Assembly: GCA_030431525.1 (NCBI GenBank)
Contig: JAUIJC010000014.1
Span: 5,330 to 69,329 of the forward strand
DNA length: 64,000 nucleotides
Source: Bacteroidia bacterium
Lineage (GTDB): Bacteria > Bacteroidota > Bacteroidia > Cytophagales > JAAEPT01
Reading direction: 5' to 3'
Part shown: piece after piece, positions 1 through 9,508 of the stretch
Layout: the number at the start of each line of letters is the position of its first letter
How positions within the stretch are numbered: the stretch's first letter is position 1
Translations under genes and position numbers: made by a program
Notes under the pieces: generated by a model
Database searches by the model: none
Seen by the model: only the letters and a program-made list of their open reading frames with translations
What the model was told of the DNA's origin: nothing

Positions 1-450
1 TTGAAGGTTCACCAATGGTCAAATCGAGAGTTACGATAGAGTCGCACCCTTGTGAGTTAGTTAGAGTAACAGTTGGTCCGAAAGTGGACTCGGAGTATGT
101 GTTTCCGTCAATCCACGTGTAGCTTTCGCAGGCCGACTGTTCGTCCGTAAATGTTGATGGTTCGCCAATGGTCAAATCAAGTGTTACGATGGAGTCGCAT
201 CCTTGCACATTTGTGAGTGTTACTGTTGGGGAGTTTGTGCTTTCGCTGTAGGTGTTTCCATCCACCCAAGTAAAACTTTCACAGGCTGATTGAACATCAG
301 TGTATTGGGTACTTTCATTGATTGTTAACTCAAGTGTGATTACGGAGTCACAATCCTCTGCGGTTTTAAGCGTGAAAGTGGGGGTGTCAGTAGATTCAGT
401 GTAGGTAATGCCATTAATCCACGTGTAGCTATCACAGGCGGTTTGTGTGT
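1..450 (-). repeat. Intragenic tandem repeat, 153-nt (51-aa) period, about 3 copies visible
   Basis: ggttcaccaatggtcaaatc at 6 recurs as ggttcgccaatggtcaaatc at 159; atccacgtgtagct recurs near 111 and 417. Confidence 0.85.
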
Positions 451-1273
451 CTCTGGCATAGACCACACATTTGCTTGGGGTAATGATAATCATGCCGTCG
501 CCTTCACGCCAACCAGCCTCTTTTCTCGGGTTTTCTACTCCGCCAGTATAGGATGACCCACCAGCGCCACTGCACCAAGGGTGGCCACCTCCGCCACCAT
601 AGTATCCACCTCCGCCACCGCCACCATAGCGTTTGTTGTTTCCGTCATAGAATGCATTGGAGCCTCCGCGACCAAAGGTTCCGTTCTCACCCCAATAGTT
701 TTCAGTCCAGCCTGATTTCCCGCCTTCCTCTTCTGTCCCTGCGGTAGGAAGATTTGGCAATCCCTTTCCGCTACCATTGTTTTCATCACCACCGCCAAAA
801 CCACCATTGTAGGTTTCTCTACCAGGCTTACCTTGGCATCCACCACCACCACCGGCAACAATCACTCGGTCAGCCAGTTCTTTTCCTCCTTGCCTAACAT
901 CGGATGCTCCGCCTCCCGATGAGCCGTATACTCCACTTCCACCGTTTCCTCCACCGTTCCAACCACCCTCAGAGCCCTGACTGAAGGTTTCTTCATTGTT
1001 TCCTTGTCCTCCAACATAGATATAGAGGACCTCGCCAGGGGTAACTTTTAGCTCGCCGGAAACATAGGCTCCTTTGCCTCCGTACTGGGTGCCTCCTTGG
1101 GCGCCATAGGCTTCGATGGTTATCCGCTCTATATTTTCGGGGACGGTGTAGGTTTGTTCCTCGCCAGTGAAGTCAAAGGTTTCTTGAGCTATCGCAAATG
1201 AGCTCAGCATTATCAAAAGAAGGGTAAGCGATGCAGATTTCCTTCTTGATTGTAGGGAATAGCAGTGTGGCAT
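1..1273 (-). CDS. Secreted glycine-rich-domain protein with 51-aa Cys-containing tandem repeats (partial, runs off window start; probable T9SS cargo)
   Basis: Translated by hand from ATG at 1273: signal-peptide-like LTLLLIMLSSFAIAQ, then ETFDFTGEEQTYTVP..IEAYGAQGG..GGGASDVR..VAGGGGG..GGGGGGYYGGGGG..GAGGSSY (glycine-rich domain), then repeats CDSYTWI(N/D)GxTY..GCDSIVTLDLTI. No stop before position 1. Not in the ORF track. Confidence 0.85.
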   Translation of the reverse strand, partial: MPHCYSLQSRRKSASLTLLLIMLSSFAIAQETFDFTGEEQTYTVPENIERITIEAYGAQGGTQYGGKGAYVSGELKVTPGEVLYIYVGGQGNNEETFSQGSEGGWNGGGNGGSGVYGSSGGGASDVRQGGKELADRVIVAGGGGGCQGKPGRETYNGGFGGGDENNGSGKGLPNLPTAGTEEEGGKSGWTENYWGENGTFGRGGSNAFYDGNNKRYGGGGGGGYYGGGGGHPWCSGAGGSSYTGGVENPRKEAGWREGDGMIIITPSKCVVYARDTQTACDSYTWINGITYTESTDTPTFTLKTAEDCDSVITLELTINESTQYTDVQSACESFTWVDGNTYSESTNSPTVTLTNVQGCDSIVTLDLTIGEPSTFTDEQSACESYTWIDGNTYSESTFGPTVTLTNSQGCDSIVTLDLTIGEPS

Positions 1274-1395
1274 AAATGCTTTTAGCTAGTGAAGTTGGTT
1301 TCCCGTGAGTTTAATAGGGGTACCAAGCTGTTTTATGGGAATACAGCTTTATTGTGCATTTACGTTGTTTATTTCTCTTGGTTTGGGAAAAAGAA

Positions 1396-1425
1396 AAGCC
1401 AGCAGGATGGGTTTCCTGCTGGCTT
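1396..1425 (-). terminator. Intrinsic terminator downstream of the choice-of-anchor L gene
   Basis: aagccagcagga-tgggtt-tcctgctggctt hairpin with an A-tract on the left (U-tract on the minus strand). Confidence 0.75.
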
Positions 1426-1451
1426 GTAAAAGGAGAGGGTAATTACTCAGC

Positions 1452-2564
1452 TTATTCTGTATAGATTTTTTTGCTTCGACCTTCCTTGTCAAGTTGGATA
1501 ATCATCTCACCACGGTGGTTTATGTGAACTTCTCGGCCCATGATGTCATAAGCTTTCACTGGAATAAATGGGGTAGTGGCTTCATCATCTACAGCTGTTG
1601 GCTTTTCGGCTTCGCAGGATTCCTTGGTGGTGAGGATGACACTTTCATTGGTGGTGGCAATACGCAAATTGTTGTTCTTTGAGTTTGACAAGCTCCAAAG
1701 ATTAGCTCTTTGGTCGTCCGTTTGGGGAGCTTCCACTATTTCTTGTGTGTTTTCCTCCTCAGGAATTGAAGCCACTTTTTCGCTGGGCGTGTAGGAGGAG
1801 AAACTTCCAAATTCAAGGAAAATTCCAGAATCAAAGAGCCCATCCCCAACATCTGAAATGGCGATTTTCAGGTGGTATTCATTGTTCGGGATAATGGCTG
1901 TCTCAGCAATAAGTGGCTTCGTGTAGCCATCATATTGGATTAGAGAATCCTCCTGAGGAGTAGTTCCAGTGCCATTATCGACATAGTAGCTAGCGTTGAG
2001 GTTGGCATTAATCCTATCGATAGAAACCCCCTGGTCCGTTCCGGGGACAAGCGCCAAGTTTTTTGTGATGGTGGTATCGTTGCCAAAGTCACCAGTGATG
2101 AAAAATCCAAAGACGTCATTATAGCCATAATTGACGTATTCAGGGTATTCTTCTGAACCAAAGACATATTTGAAGGAGATATTCCCTTTATCAGCGGAAA
2201 AATCAAATTCGAGGATACAGGCGTCATGCAATTCATCAGACACCAAATAGCTTAAATCCGTATCGGAGGAGGGGTTGAAGTTATCCTGTCCTGTGTTTTG
2301 AGAATCATTGGGGCCAAAGGCGTTACAGGCCGAACCAGTGGTCAGGAGTATGCCTGATTCAAGCCCTATGGCTTTTCTGGAGTCCTCGAAATACCCGATT
2401 GGATTTTTTTGTGTCGAAGGACAGTCCAACTCAATGTTGGAAACCACAATTCCTTTTCCAATGAATTTCTCAACGGCTTCCTCGATGGGGTACTCAATGG
2501 CTTGTCCAAATCCAATATGGGAAGTGAGCAAGGCAAGGGCGGTAAAAACCTTAGAATAGTTCAT
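1452..2564 (-). CDS. Choice-of-anchor L domain secreted protein
   Basis: Signal peptide; GILLTTG, LEFDF, FKYVFGSEEYPEYV..NDVFGFFI, NLALVPGT, YDGYT, HLKIAISDVGD..FDSGIFLE motifs; short tail YDIMGREV..G..KKI resembling a reduced T9SS CTD. Confidence 0.8.
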   Translation of the reverse strand: MNYSKVFTALALLTSHIGFGQAIEYPIEEAVEKFIGKGIVVSNIELDCPSTQKNPIGYFEDSRKAIGLESGILLTTGSACNAFGPNDSQNTGQDNFNPSSDTDLSYLVSDELHDACILEFDFSADKGNISFKYVFGSEEYPEYVNYGYNDVFGFFITGDFGNDTTITKNLALVPGTDQGVSIDRINANLNASYYVDNGTGTTPQEDSLIQYDGYTKPLIAETAIIPNNEYHLKIAISDVGDGLFDSGIFLEFGSFSSYTPSEKVASIPEEENTQEIVEAPQTDDQRANLWSLSNSKNNNLRIATTNESVILTTKESCEAEKPTAVDDEATTPFIPVKAYDIMGREVHINHRGEMIIQLDKEGRSKKIYTE

Positions 2565-2674
2565 TATAGAAAAGGGGTAAAAGAATCAAAGATTATAAAG
2601 TTACGGAAATCTCTAAACTGAGAAGCCCTTGACCATTTGGTCAAAGGCTTTATCAGGTCAATGCTCATCATTGT

Positions 2675-3562
2675 TTAATCATCGCCACCGACAGGGAATA
2701 CCCTTAAGAATTCATCAAGACTATCCACTTCTTCAAAGTCGCCATCTGGAAAGGAGAAGTGGGAAGGTTTAAGTGGCTCTGAGCTCACTTTTGAGAGGAC
2801 ATTTGTGCATTCGGTATAGATGTCGAGGCCTTTTTTCAAGGCCATAAGGCTTAAGTCCACCACCTTGTGTTTGGTACTTTTAGGGCTATGGTAGGAGGTG
2901 TCCAAGAATTGAATGACGGTATCGTTTTGGATTTTTTGCTCGTAGTTTCGGGAGAGTAGGGAAGACACAGGAAAGTGGCATTCTTTGGGGATTTTGGGGA
3001 AGAGTATCTCCAACGCTTTGCGCTTAATTTTTATGTCTTTGGAATGGAAAATTTCTTGGAATTCCTCCTTGTCAGAAAACTTGGAGTAATCGCAAAGCAA
3101 GCCTTGGATATTGGCCGAGTCGCTTACACGCTTTTCATTGGCGTAACCATCCAGCTGGCAGAAAGTGTAGTCCACAATATCAAGCTGACTGAGAGGCGTT
3201 CCCCATTCTTTGATTTGTTCGGTGAATTCGTCAATGGAAAGGTGGAGTTTCTTTTTGGTGAGCAGGTCGGAGTAATAGGCGGTGACACTGTCCTTTTCGA
3301 AGTCGATGATGGTGCCCGATTTGTATTGGAAAGCAAGGTTAATTCCTCCCAAGGTTTTCTCGCGCTTCACCATTTTGTCGGAAATCCAATAGCGGGTATG
3401 GCTCTTGGCGATATTTCCCTCAATGCCTCTCGTTTCGGTGAATTCTAAGGTTCCCTCAAAATTGGATTCCGAGTTGATGCGATCTTCTTCTTTTTTGAGA
3501 AAATCACATCCTTGAAGGGTGCATAGGCTTAGGAGAAAGAGAAAAATCTTGTGGGTTTTCAT
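2675..3562 (-). CDS. Hypothetical lipoprotein
   Basis: Lipobox LQGC after MKTHKIFLFLLSLCT. Start placed at 3562 because the ORF-track start abuts the terminator at 3614-3641. Confidence 0.7.
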   Translation of the reverse strand: MKTHKIFLFLLSLCTLQGCDFLKKEEDRINSESNFEGTLEFTETRGIEGNIAKSHTRYWISDKMVKREKTLGGINLAFQYKSGTIIDFEKDSVTAYYSDLLTKKKLHLSIDEFTEQIKEWGTPLSQLDIVDYTFCQLDGYANEKRVSDSANIQGLLCDYSKFSDKEEFQEIFHSKDIKIKRKALEILFPKIPKECHFPVSSLLSRNYEQKIQNDTVIQFLDTSYHSPKSTKHKVVDLSLMALKKGLDIYTECTNVLSKVSSEPLKPSHFSFPDGDFEEVDSLDEFLRVFPVGGDD

Positions 3563-3613
3563 GTTGGGGATTGAAAAAGTTGAGTAAATAAAATGCGTTT
3601 TGACCAAAAAAAT

Positions 3614-3641
3614 AGCCCATCAGCAATGACACTGATGGGCT
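3614..3641 (-). terminator. Intrinsic terminator of the alpha-2-macroglobulin gene (possibly bidirectional)
   Basis: agcccatcag-caatgaca-ctgatgggct flanked by A- and T-tracts. Confidence 0.75.
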
Positions 3642-3658
3642 GTTTTTAAGCGTTGGGT

Positions 3659-6600
3659 TTATGGCTTAATCTCCACCCAATTGCCGTGCTGGCGGGCATT
3701 GATTTTCTTGTCATACATGGCCTCACAGGTTACCGTAGGCATGTAGAACTCGCCTTGGTAGCTGGAGTTGAGTAGTGTGACAAATTTCTTGCTCTTGTTC
3801 GGACCAAGGTCAAAGAAGATGTTTACACGGTCATCTCGAACGTCCTTGTACGTTGGGCGGTCGCCCTTGGCGCTGAGGCTTTGGCCGTCCATGCGTGAGT
3901 TGTGGATTTCCCAGCCCGATGGGAAGATTTGCGTCAAGGCCATTTCCTTGTACTGTCTTCCTGTTGGGTTGGTGATGACGGCTTCCACCATAAAGTCACG
4001 GCCCTGTTGCATGGTTTTCGGGTTGATGATTTTACCGTCCATATCGCGGTAAACCAGCTCCAATTGAAGGCCATTGCTGGCATTGGTTTCATCGCCTTTT
4101 AGCGGAATGCCTTGGCAAACGAGGCGAGGGTAGAGGATGGTGCCCTCGTTTTTCACCTCGAACTTTCCGCTTTCCGGAATCGGGATTTGGAAGAGTGGCA
4201 TGTCGGAAGTGACGTTTTGCCACTGGCCCTCGTCGATGCGGTAGGCGAATTTGAATTCCTTCTTGGAGCTACCACCCGAAATGTTCGCGAATTTGGCCAT
4301 GGCCACCAAGGAGTAGGCTGTGGCCTGCGTGGAATACCAACGGCCACTGCTCAATCCTTCGGCCACTGTTTTGGCAACTTCCGAAGCTTTGCTGTGTTCC
4401 TTCATAATGGTTAATGATTGAAGGATAATGGCTTGGTCACGCAAGGTAGAGCCATAGCTGTAGGACAGTTCACGGTAGTCGGCCACCTCGGTGGAAAGTC
4501 CTTCGATAAGCTGTTTGGCCACCTGTGGCTGGCCTGTCAGTTGATAGGCCGAAGCCAAGTACCATTTGGTCATGTCACTTTCGAAGGTGCCTTGGTTGCG
4601 GAGGCGGTTCATTGCGCCAGTCTCTGGGGTGCCGTTAAGCGCCAAGAGGTAAAGGCGATAAGCCTGAGCAATTTCGCTGTTGTACCAACGGTCGCCGGAG
4701 CGCCAGAGCTGGGCCTTACGCTTTTGGAAGTTCTCCCAATTTTTGAGGAAGGTTTCCGGCACGTGATAGCCCGCCTTTTTGGCTTCCACCAAGAAGTGGC
4801 CAGCGTAGTTGGTGCCCCAATAGTTGGCGTCATAACCACTCGGCCAGTAGGACAGTCCACCATCGGCGGTTTGGAAGGAGCGCAAGCGCTCGATGCCGGC
4901 GTTTACATTCTTTTCGATGCGAGCTTTTTCCTCAGGTTTCAAATCCAAAAGGTTGCCCAAGTAGAGTTGTGGGAATACCGAAGAGGTGGTTTGCTCCACG
5001 CAACCATAAGGGTAGCGGATAAGGTATTCCAAACGCTTCTCCAAGTTGATTGGAGGGAGGGCCGAAACCTCAAGCACAGCCTTGTTGGTGCCCGTCATGC
5101 CCACGGCCGTGTAGTTGGTGTCCCAAGTGGTGTTCGGCATCATGTTTTTGGCATAAACATCAGTTACCATTGGGTTTGGGTTGCGGACATTCAGCTCCAC
5201 ATCATAGTGGGCCTTTTTATTTCCGCTGGAAGCGGTCACGTTTACCTTGCCGATACCCACGGTTGGCTTCATTCGGAGCTTGAAGGTGACAATCTTGTCG
5301 CCAGGCTGGTCGAAGGATACAGACTTGGAGGTCTTTCCGTCTACTACCGTGAAGAGGGAATTAGTCTTCAAGTTCACCTTCACGTTTTTTACCTTGTCCT
5401 CCATGGCGAAGACGGTTACAGGGAAGTCCACTGTTTCTTCAGGTCCAAGCACTCGAGGCAGGGTGCCGAGAATCATCAATGGCTTTTTCACTGGTGTGGT
5501 CTTCTCCGAAGAGCCATATGCGAAGCCATTGCCCGCCACGACCATGGTGCGCACCGAACCAACGTAGTTCGGCATTTTGAAGGAGTGAGTCTGTGTCTGA
5601 TGCGCCTCCAAGTAGAATGGGCCGATGAATTTGACCATCGGTTTGAAACGACGGGCTTTCTGTCCGCCTTTCTTTTGGGCACCAGCCTCGCCGTCACCAC
5701 CAATGCCCAAGAGGCTTTTAATGACATCTGCCTCGGCGCCAGCCACATCATTGAATAGGTCAAAGTTTTTGATGGTCAATGCCTGTTTTTTGTAGAAGGC
5801 TTTCCAAAGGTCTGGGGTGCGGAAGCGTGTCAAATCCAACAAGCCTTCGTCCACTACAGCCAACGTATAAGTCATTGGCTGACCTTTTTCCTCCTTGACC
5901 TTGATGGTCACTTTTTCCTCTGGGCGGAGCACATCTGGCATGTCCACCACAGGGTTGATTTGGGTTTTCGGGTCGGTGACTTTGATTGGCAATACGCCGT
6001 ACATGCGTATCGGCAAGTCATTTTTGGTCTGGGCGTGTGGCTGAAGGAGGCTGATGGAGGCGTAACAATACGGCGCCATGTTGGCCTTGGCAGGGAAGCT
6101 GAAGTTCACCATGCCTTTTTCCACCTTATCCACTTTCATCCAGTAATGCTCCAACACGTTGGTTCCGCTCTCGATGGTGATGAGTGCACGGGTGCCTTCG
6201 CTGGCTGGAATGCTCAGTTTTACTTCGTCGCCAACGGTGTATTCTGCTTTGTCGGCTTGGAAATTCAACATCGTAGCGCCGTCCTTTTGGACCATGTCAG
6301 GCGTTCCGTACCAGCTTGGCCATTCAGGATAGATGACCTTACCTGTGCAGTGGCCATCTGGGAGACAGGCGCGCATCACGAAACGACCCCAAGAGCGGTC
6401 GTCTGGGAATTTGAATTTCCACACGGCGCGTCCGTTGGCATCGGTTTTAATTTTGGCGTTGGATACGCGACGACGGGATTGGCGACTGTTGTAGCCTGTG
6501 AGATCATCGTCGTCGGAATCCCACCACCAGCTCCAGCGCACGCGGTAGAGTTCCACCTCGATTTCCTTGTTGGCCACAGGTTTTCCATCTCGGTCCAAAA

Positions 6601-9196
6601 CCACCAATGGAATGTCGTGCTGTTCGTTTACCAACAGTTCCTCATAGCCCCAGCGTCCTTTCTTTTGGGCGATACCCACATAGTTTTCATAAGGGTGGTA
6701 AGGGACAGAGAAGTTGTCCTTGCTGAAGTTTCCGCCAGGCTCAAAGGCTTTCACCTTGATGTGGGCGTTCAACATGCCTGGGGCTGAGCCACGAGCGGAA
6801 AGGTTGGCGGTAACATTGGCCTTACCGTTGGCGTCTGTTTTGCCTTCGAAAAGCGTTTTTTCCTGTCCTTCAAACTTGCGGAAAGGGTCGTCAAAGGCAT
6901 AGCCCTCAAAGCCCTCGAACATGGTTTTCTTTTCGGTAAGTGTGGCCGTAACATCGGCCTTGAGATTAGCGCCGACAGCGCCATGAAGCCATTTTACGTC
7001 CAAGGTTCCTTTGTTTGAGGCGTCAGAGGAAAGGTAATCCTTGTCGAATTCAAGATTGATTTTCAATCGGTTCGGGCGGATGGTTTCCACCTTCAAGGAT
7101 TTGTTAAAGGTTGTTCCTCCCACATGCGCCTTCACCAAATAACTTCCCGTTGGGTCGTCCATGTCGGTATGGAGGTCCAAGCGGTAGAATCCACGAACGG
7201 ATTTCTTCAAGGTCTGTGTGGTCACCAAGTCGCCTTGTGGGTTGTAGAACTCAAAGGTGACAGGGTGGTTTGGAGGAAGTGTTTTTTTCTTGTCCTCCAA
7301 TACGAAGGTGGTGTAGATGGTATCGCCTGGGCGCCATACGCCACGCTCGGTGTAGAAGTGGCCTTTGATGCCTTTGAAGTAACGCTCACCGCTGATGTTG
7401 AAGGTGCTGAGTGAGAGGGCATCGCCGTCATCCAAACGGAGGTAGCTACGCTCTTTGCCTCGGCGGGCAACTACGAGGTAAGGCTTTTTGTCTAACTGTA
7501 CATCCACCACGCCTTGTTGGCCTGTGGAAACCTTTTTGAGGGAATATTGCTGGAAGTCGAAGAATTCCAGTTCAACATTCGCCAAAGGCGCTGTGGTGAT
7601 AAGGTCGGTTACGGCTACAAAGTACTTGTTGTTTTCCTGCTTCTTGGCCAACAATCCAAGGTTGGAAGCCAAGACATTTTGTTTGGCGACGCGGTTGCTG
7701 TTGTAATAAGCCGTTTTACAGGCGTTATCTGCTTCGTGGTAGGAACCCTCGCGGTAGTAGTGGTAGTAATAGCGACCGTTGCTGTTCCAAGAATCCTCGT
7801 TCACCTTGAGCATGTGGCCTTCTCTTAGCTTAGGCACGGAGTCGGAACAGGTGAAAAGTGAGTATTCTGGGCGGAAGCCCAAGGCGATTTCATAGATGGC
7901 GCCTGGCTCGGTTTTCACCAAGTCGTTGAGGTCGAGCACGTGTTTGTTGTAATCGCTAAGGTCCAAGGTCTTGTCCTTGTCCAAGGCGATTTTCTTTTCC
8001 ATCACCACTTGTCCAACGCGCTTGAGTTCTTGGTCGCCACTGAGGCGGTTGACTTGGAGGAATTGAGGAATGTTCTGCTCTGAGATTTTGATGACACGCA
8101 CGTCCACGGCATTCAGGCTGACCGCCTTAAAAATGAAAGGGACTGTTTTTCCCTTCGGGATGATGGTGCCGTCGTGCACGATTTCCACCTTAGGTTCAAT
8201 GTCTGAGAAGGTGGCGGACACTGAAAAGCTTTTGTCGTTCTTGGCATCCAAAACGTTCACAAGACCTGGGAACACATTCACCTTGACGGTGCCATGGATG
8301 CGTCTGCGTGGGAAGATTTTGACTTGGTTGCCCTCGATGGCGAAGGTGGCTTCACGGTTGTCATCGAGCTTAATCAATCCCTCCAAGTTTTGGGAAGGTT
8401 TGAGTGGGTCGGAGAATTCCAGTACGATTTGCTGTGGGTCGTCGTAGGAATAAGTGGCCGTGTGCGTGAAGTCGCCAATGGCTTTGATGGTTGCCTCCAC
8501 TTCGCCTTCGCTGTCCACGCCGATGTCGTCGCCGTCCCATTCAATCACCAAGTCTTGCTCTTTCTTTTTGCGTTCGAGCTTCTCAATGGTGAAAGTATGT
8601 TGGCTTCCATCGTGGAACCAAATGATAGGCACCTCATCGCCGTCCAGCTCTGCCGAGAGGATTTTTTCGATGTTTTCCTCTGGTTCAAAGTCGTTGGTTT
8701 CAACGTGGCCCTTTACCTGCTGGAACTTTAGGTTGTCGCCGTCCATGGTGCTCACCTCGTCGATGCTGACCCCGAAGGATTGGGGCTTGGTCTGGAAGGT
8801 GAATTGGAAGGTTTCCAAGGAGTCTGGCACACCGTCAATCAAGTCATCCAAATCGATGCTTGCGGTGAATAACTCGTCGGAAGGAAGAAGGGTGTCAGGC
8901 TCAAAAAGTAGGGTGTTGGAAGTTTCCCATTTTGCCTTTCCGTCTATGCTTGGGGAAAAACTGATCGGACTTTTGTCCAGCGTGTTGCCAGTTTCCTTGT
9001 AGTCAACCACTTTATCACGGAAGACGATGCGGATGTCCGCCTTTCGTGAGATTTGTTCAGGCGTGTAGGCCGAAATGTACTTTTCGAAGGCCACGCTGGG
9101 TTGGATGTGGTCGCCTTTTTTCTTTTTGTTGCATCCCCATAGGGTTGCCATCAACGTGCCTACAAGGAGGAGTCCGAGGCGGGATTTCCAAGTCAT
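3659..9196 (-). CDS. Bacterial alpha-2-macroglobulin family lipoprotein (YfhM-like)
   Basis: Lipobox LWGC; YTERGVWRPGD (MG2 domain); LAVVDEGLL; bait-region GIGGDG; intact thioester motif YPYGCVEQ; C-terminal DVRDDRV..EAMYD. About 1845 aa. Confidence 0.95.
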   Translation of the reverse strand: MTWKSRLGLLLVGTLMATLWGCNKKKKGDHIQPSVAFEKYISAYTPEQISRKADIRIVFRDKVVDYKETGNTLDKSPISFSPSIDGKAKWETSNTLLFEPDTLLPSDELFTASIDLDDLIDGVPDSLETFQFTFQTKPQSFGVSIDEVSTMDGDNLKFQQVKGHVETNDFEPEENIEKILSAELDGDEVPIIWFHDGSQHTFTIEKLERKKKEQDLVIEWDGDDIGVDSEGEVEATIKAIGDFTHTATYSYDDPQQIVLEFSDPLKPSQNLEGLIKLDDNREATFAIEGNQVKIFPRRRIHGTVKVNVFPGLVNVLDAKNDKSFSVSATFSDIEPKVEIVHDGTIIPKGKTVPFIFKAVSLNAVDVRVIKISEQNIPQFLQVNRLSGDQELKRVGQVVMEKKIALDKDKTLDLSDYNKHVLDLNDLVKTEPGAIYEIALGFRPEYSLFTCSDSVPKLREGHMLKVNEDSWNSNGRYYYHYYREGSYHEADNACKTAYYNSNRVAKQNVLASNLGLLAKKQENNKYFVAVTDLITTAPLANVELEFFDFQQYSLKKVSTGQQGVVDVQLDKKPYLVVARRGKERSYLRLDDGDALSLSTFNISGERYFKGIKGHFYTERGVWRPGDTIYTTFVLEDKKKTLPPNHPVTFEFYNPQGDLVTTQTLKKSVRGFYRLDLHTDMDDPTGSYLVKAHVGGTTFNKSLKVETIRPNRLKINLEFDKDYLSSDASNKGTLDVKWLHGAVGANLKADVTATLTEKKTMFEGFEGYAFDDPFRKFEGQEKTLFEGKTDANGKANVTANLSARGSAPGMLNAHIKVKAFEPGGNFSKDNFSVPYHPYENYVGIAQKKGRWGYEELLVNEQHDIPLVVLDRDGKPVANKEIEVELYRVRWSWWWDSDDDDLTGYNSRQSRRRVSNAKIKTDANGRAVWKFKFPDDRSWGRFVMRACLPDGHCTGKVIYPEWPSWYGTPDMVQKDGATMLNFQADKAEYTVGDEVKLSIPASEGTRALITIESGTNVLEHYWMKVDKVEKGMVNFSFPAKANMAPYCYASISLLQPHAQTKNDLPIRMYGVLPIKVTDPKTQINPVVDMPDVLRPEEKVTIKVKEEKGQPMTYTLAVVDEGLLDLTRFRTPDLWKAFYKKQALTIKNFDLFNDVAGAEADVIKSLLGIGGDGEAGAQKKGGQKARRFKPMVKFIGPFYLEAHQTQTHSFKMPNYVGSVRTMVVAGNGFAYGSSEKTTPVKKPLMILGTLPRVLGPEETVDFPVTVFAMEDKVKNVKVNLKTNSLFTVVDGKTSKSVSFDQPGDKIVTFKLRMKPTVGIGKVNVTASSGNKKAHYDVELNVRNPNPMVTDVYAKNMMPNTTWDTNYTAVGMTGTNKAVLEVSALPPINLEKRLEYLIRYPYGCVEQTTSSVFPQLYLGNLLDLKPEEKARIEKNVNAGIERLRSFQTADGGLSYWPSGYDANYWGTNYAGHFLVEAKKAGYHVPETFLKNWENFQKRKAQLWRSGDRWYNSEIAQAYRLYLLALNGTPETGAMNRLRNQGTFESDMTKWYLASAYQLTGQPQVAKQLIEGLSTEVADYRELSYSYGSTLRDQAIILQSLTIMKEHSKASEVAKTVAEGLSSGRWYSTQATAYSLVAMAKFANISGGSSKKEFKFAYRIDEGQWQNVTSDMPLFQIPIPESGKFEVKNEGTILYPRLVCQGIPLKGDETNASNGLQLELVYRDMDGKIINPKTMQQGRDFMVEAVITNPTGRQYKEMALTQIFPSGWEIHNSRMDGQSLSAKGDRPTYKDVRDDRVNIFFDLGPNKSKKFVTLLNSSYQGEFYMPTVTCEAMYDKKINARQHGNWVEIKP

Positions 9197-9306
9197 TAGG
9201 AAAATGGGTAAAAGGGTTAGAGGAAAATGTGTTAAGGGAAGGAGCTGAATGCGGTTTAAAATCGGATACAAGTATCAAGACACAAGATTTTCCTCACTTT
9301 TGAAGT

Positions 9307-9327
9307 CGTAGGGCACAAGGCCCTACG
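9307..9327. repeat. REP-like palindrome cgtagggcacaaggccctacg, copy 1
   Basis: GTAG-start hairpin; identical 21-mer at 10213-10233. Confidence 0.75.
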
Positions 9328-9355
9328 CAACGGAACAGCATATGTAAGGCCCATA

Positions 9356-9386
9356 CTGTCCATAACGGTAGGTTTTATACCTACCG
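9356..9386. repeat. REP-like palindrome cggtaggttttatacctaccg, copy 1
   Basis: Near-identical copy with the same ctgtc..aacggtagg prefix at 50056-50086. Confidence 0.7.
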
Positions 9387-9508
9387 AAACTTGGAAATCT
9401 TTCTCTTAATACCTGTGTCAAAAACTCACCGAAGGTCGTTTCCGTCACTTAATTAGAGGACATATTTAATAAAAATTGGCCCGAATACAAGTAATACCTG
9501 TAGTTGCC

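Noticed and set aside
535-861. 108-aa minus-strand and 64-aa His-rich plus-strand ORFs
   Set aside because: Alternative frames of the glycine-rich gene (GGN runs read as Val/Ala or His/Arg).
4418-5758. 446-aa + strand ORF, and other long antisense ORFs such as 19916-21067, 26976-28469, 36104-36973, 42216-43067, 50100-50798 and 58979-60001
   Set aside because: They lie opposite well-supported genes, have no recognisable motifs, and are expected shadows of biased codon usage.
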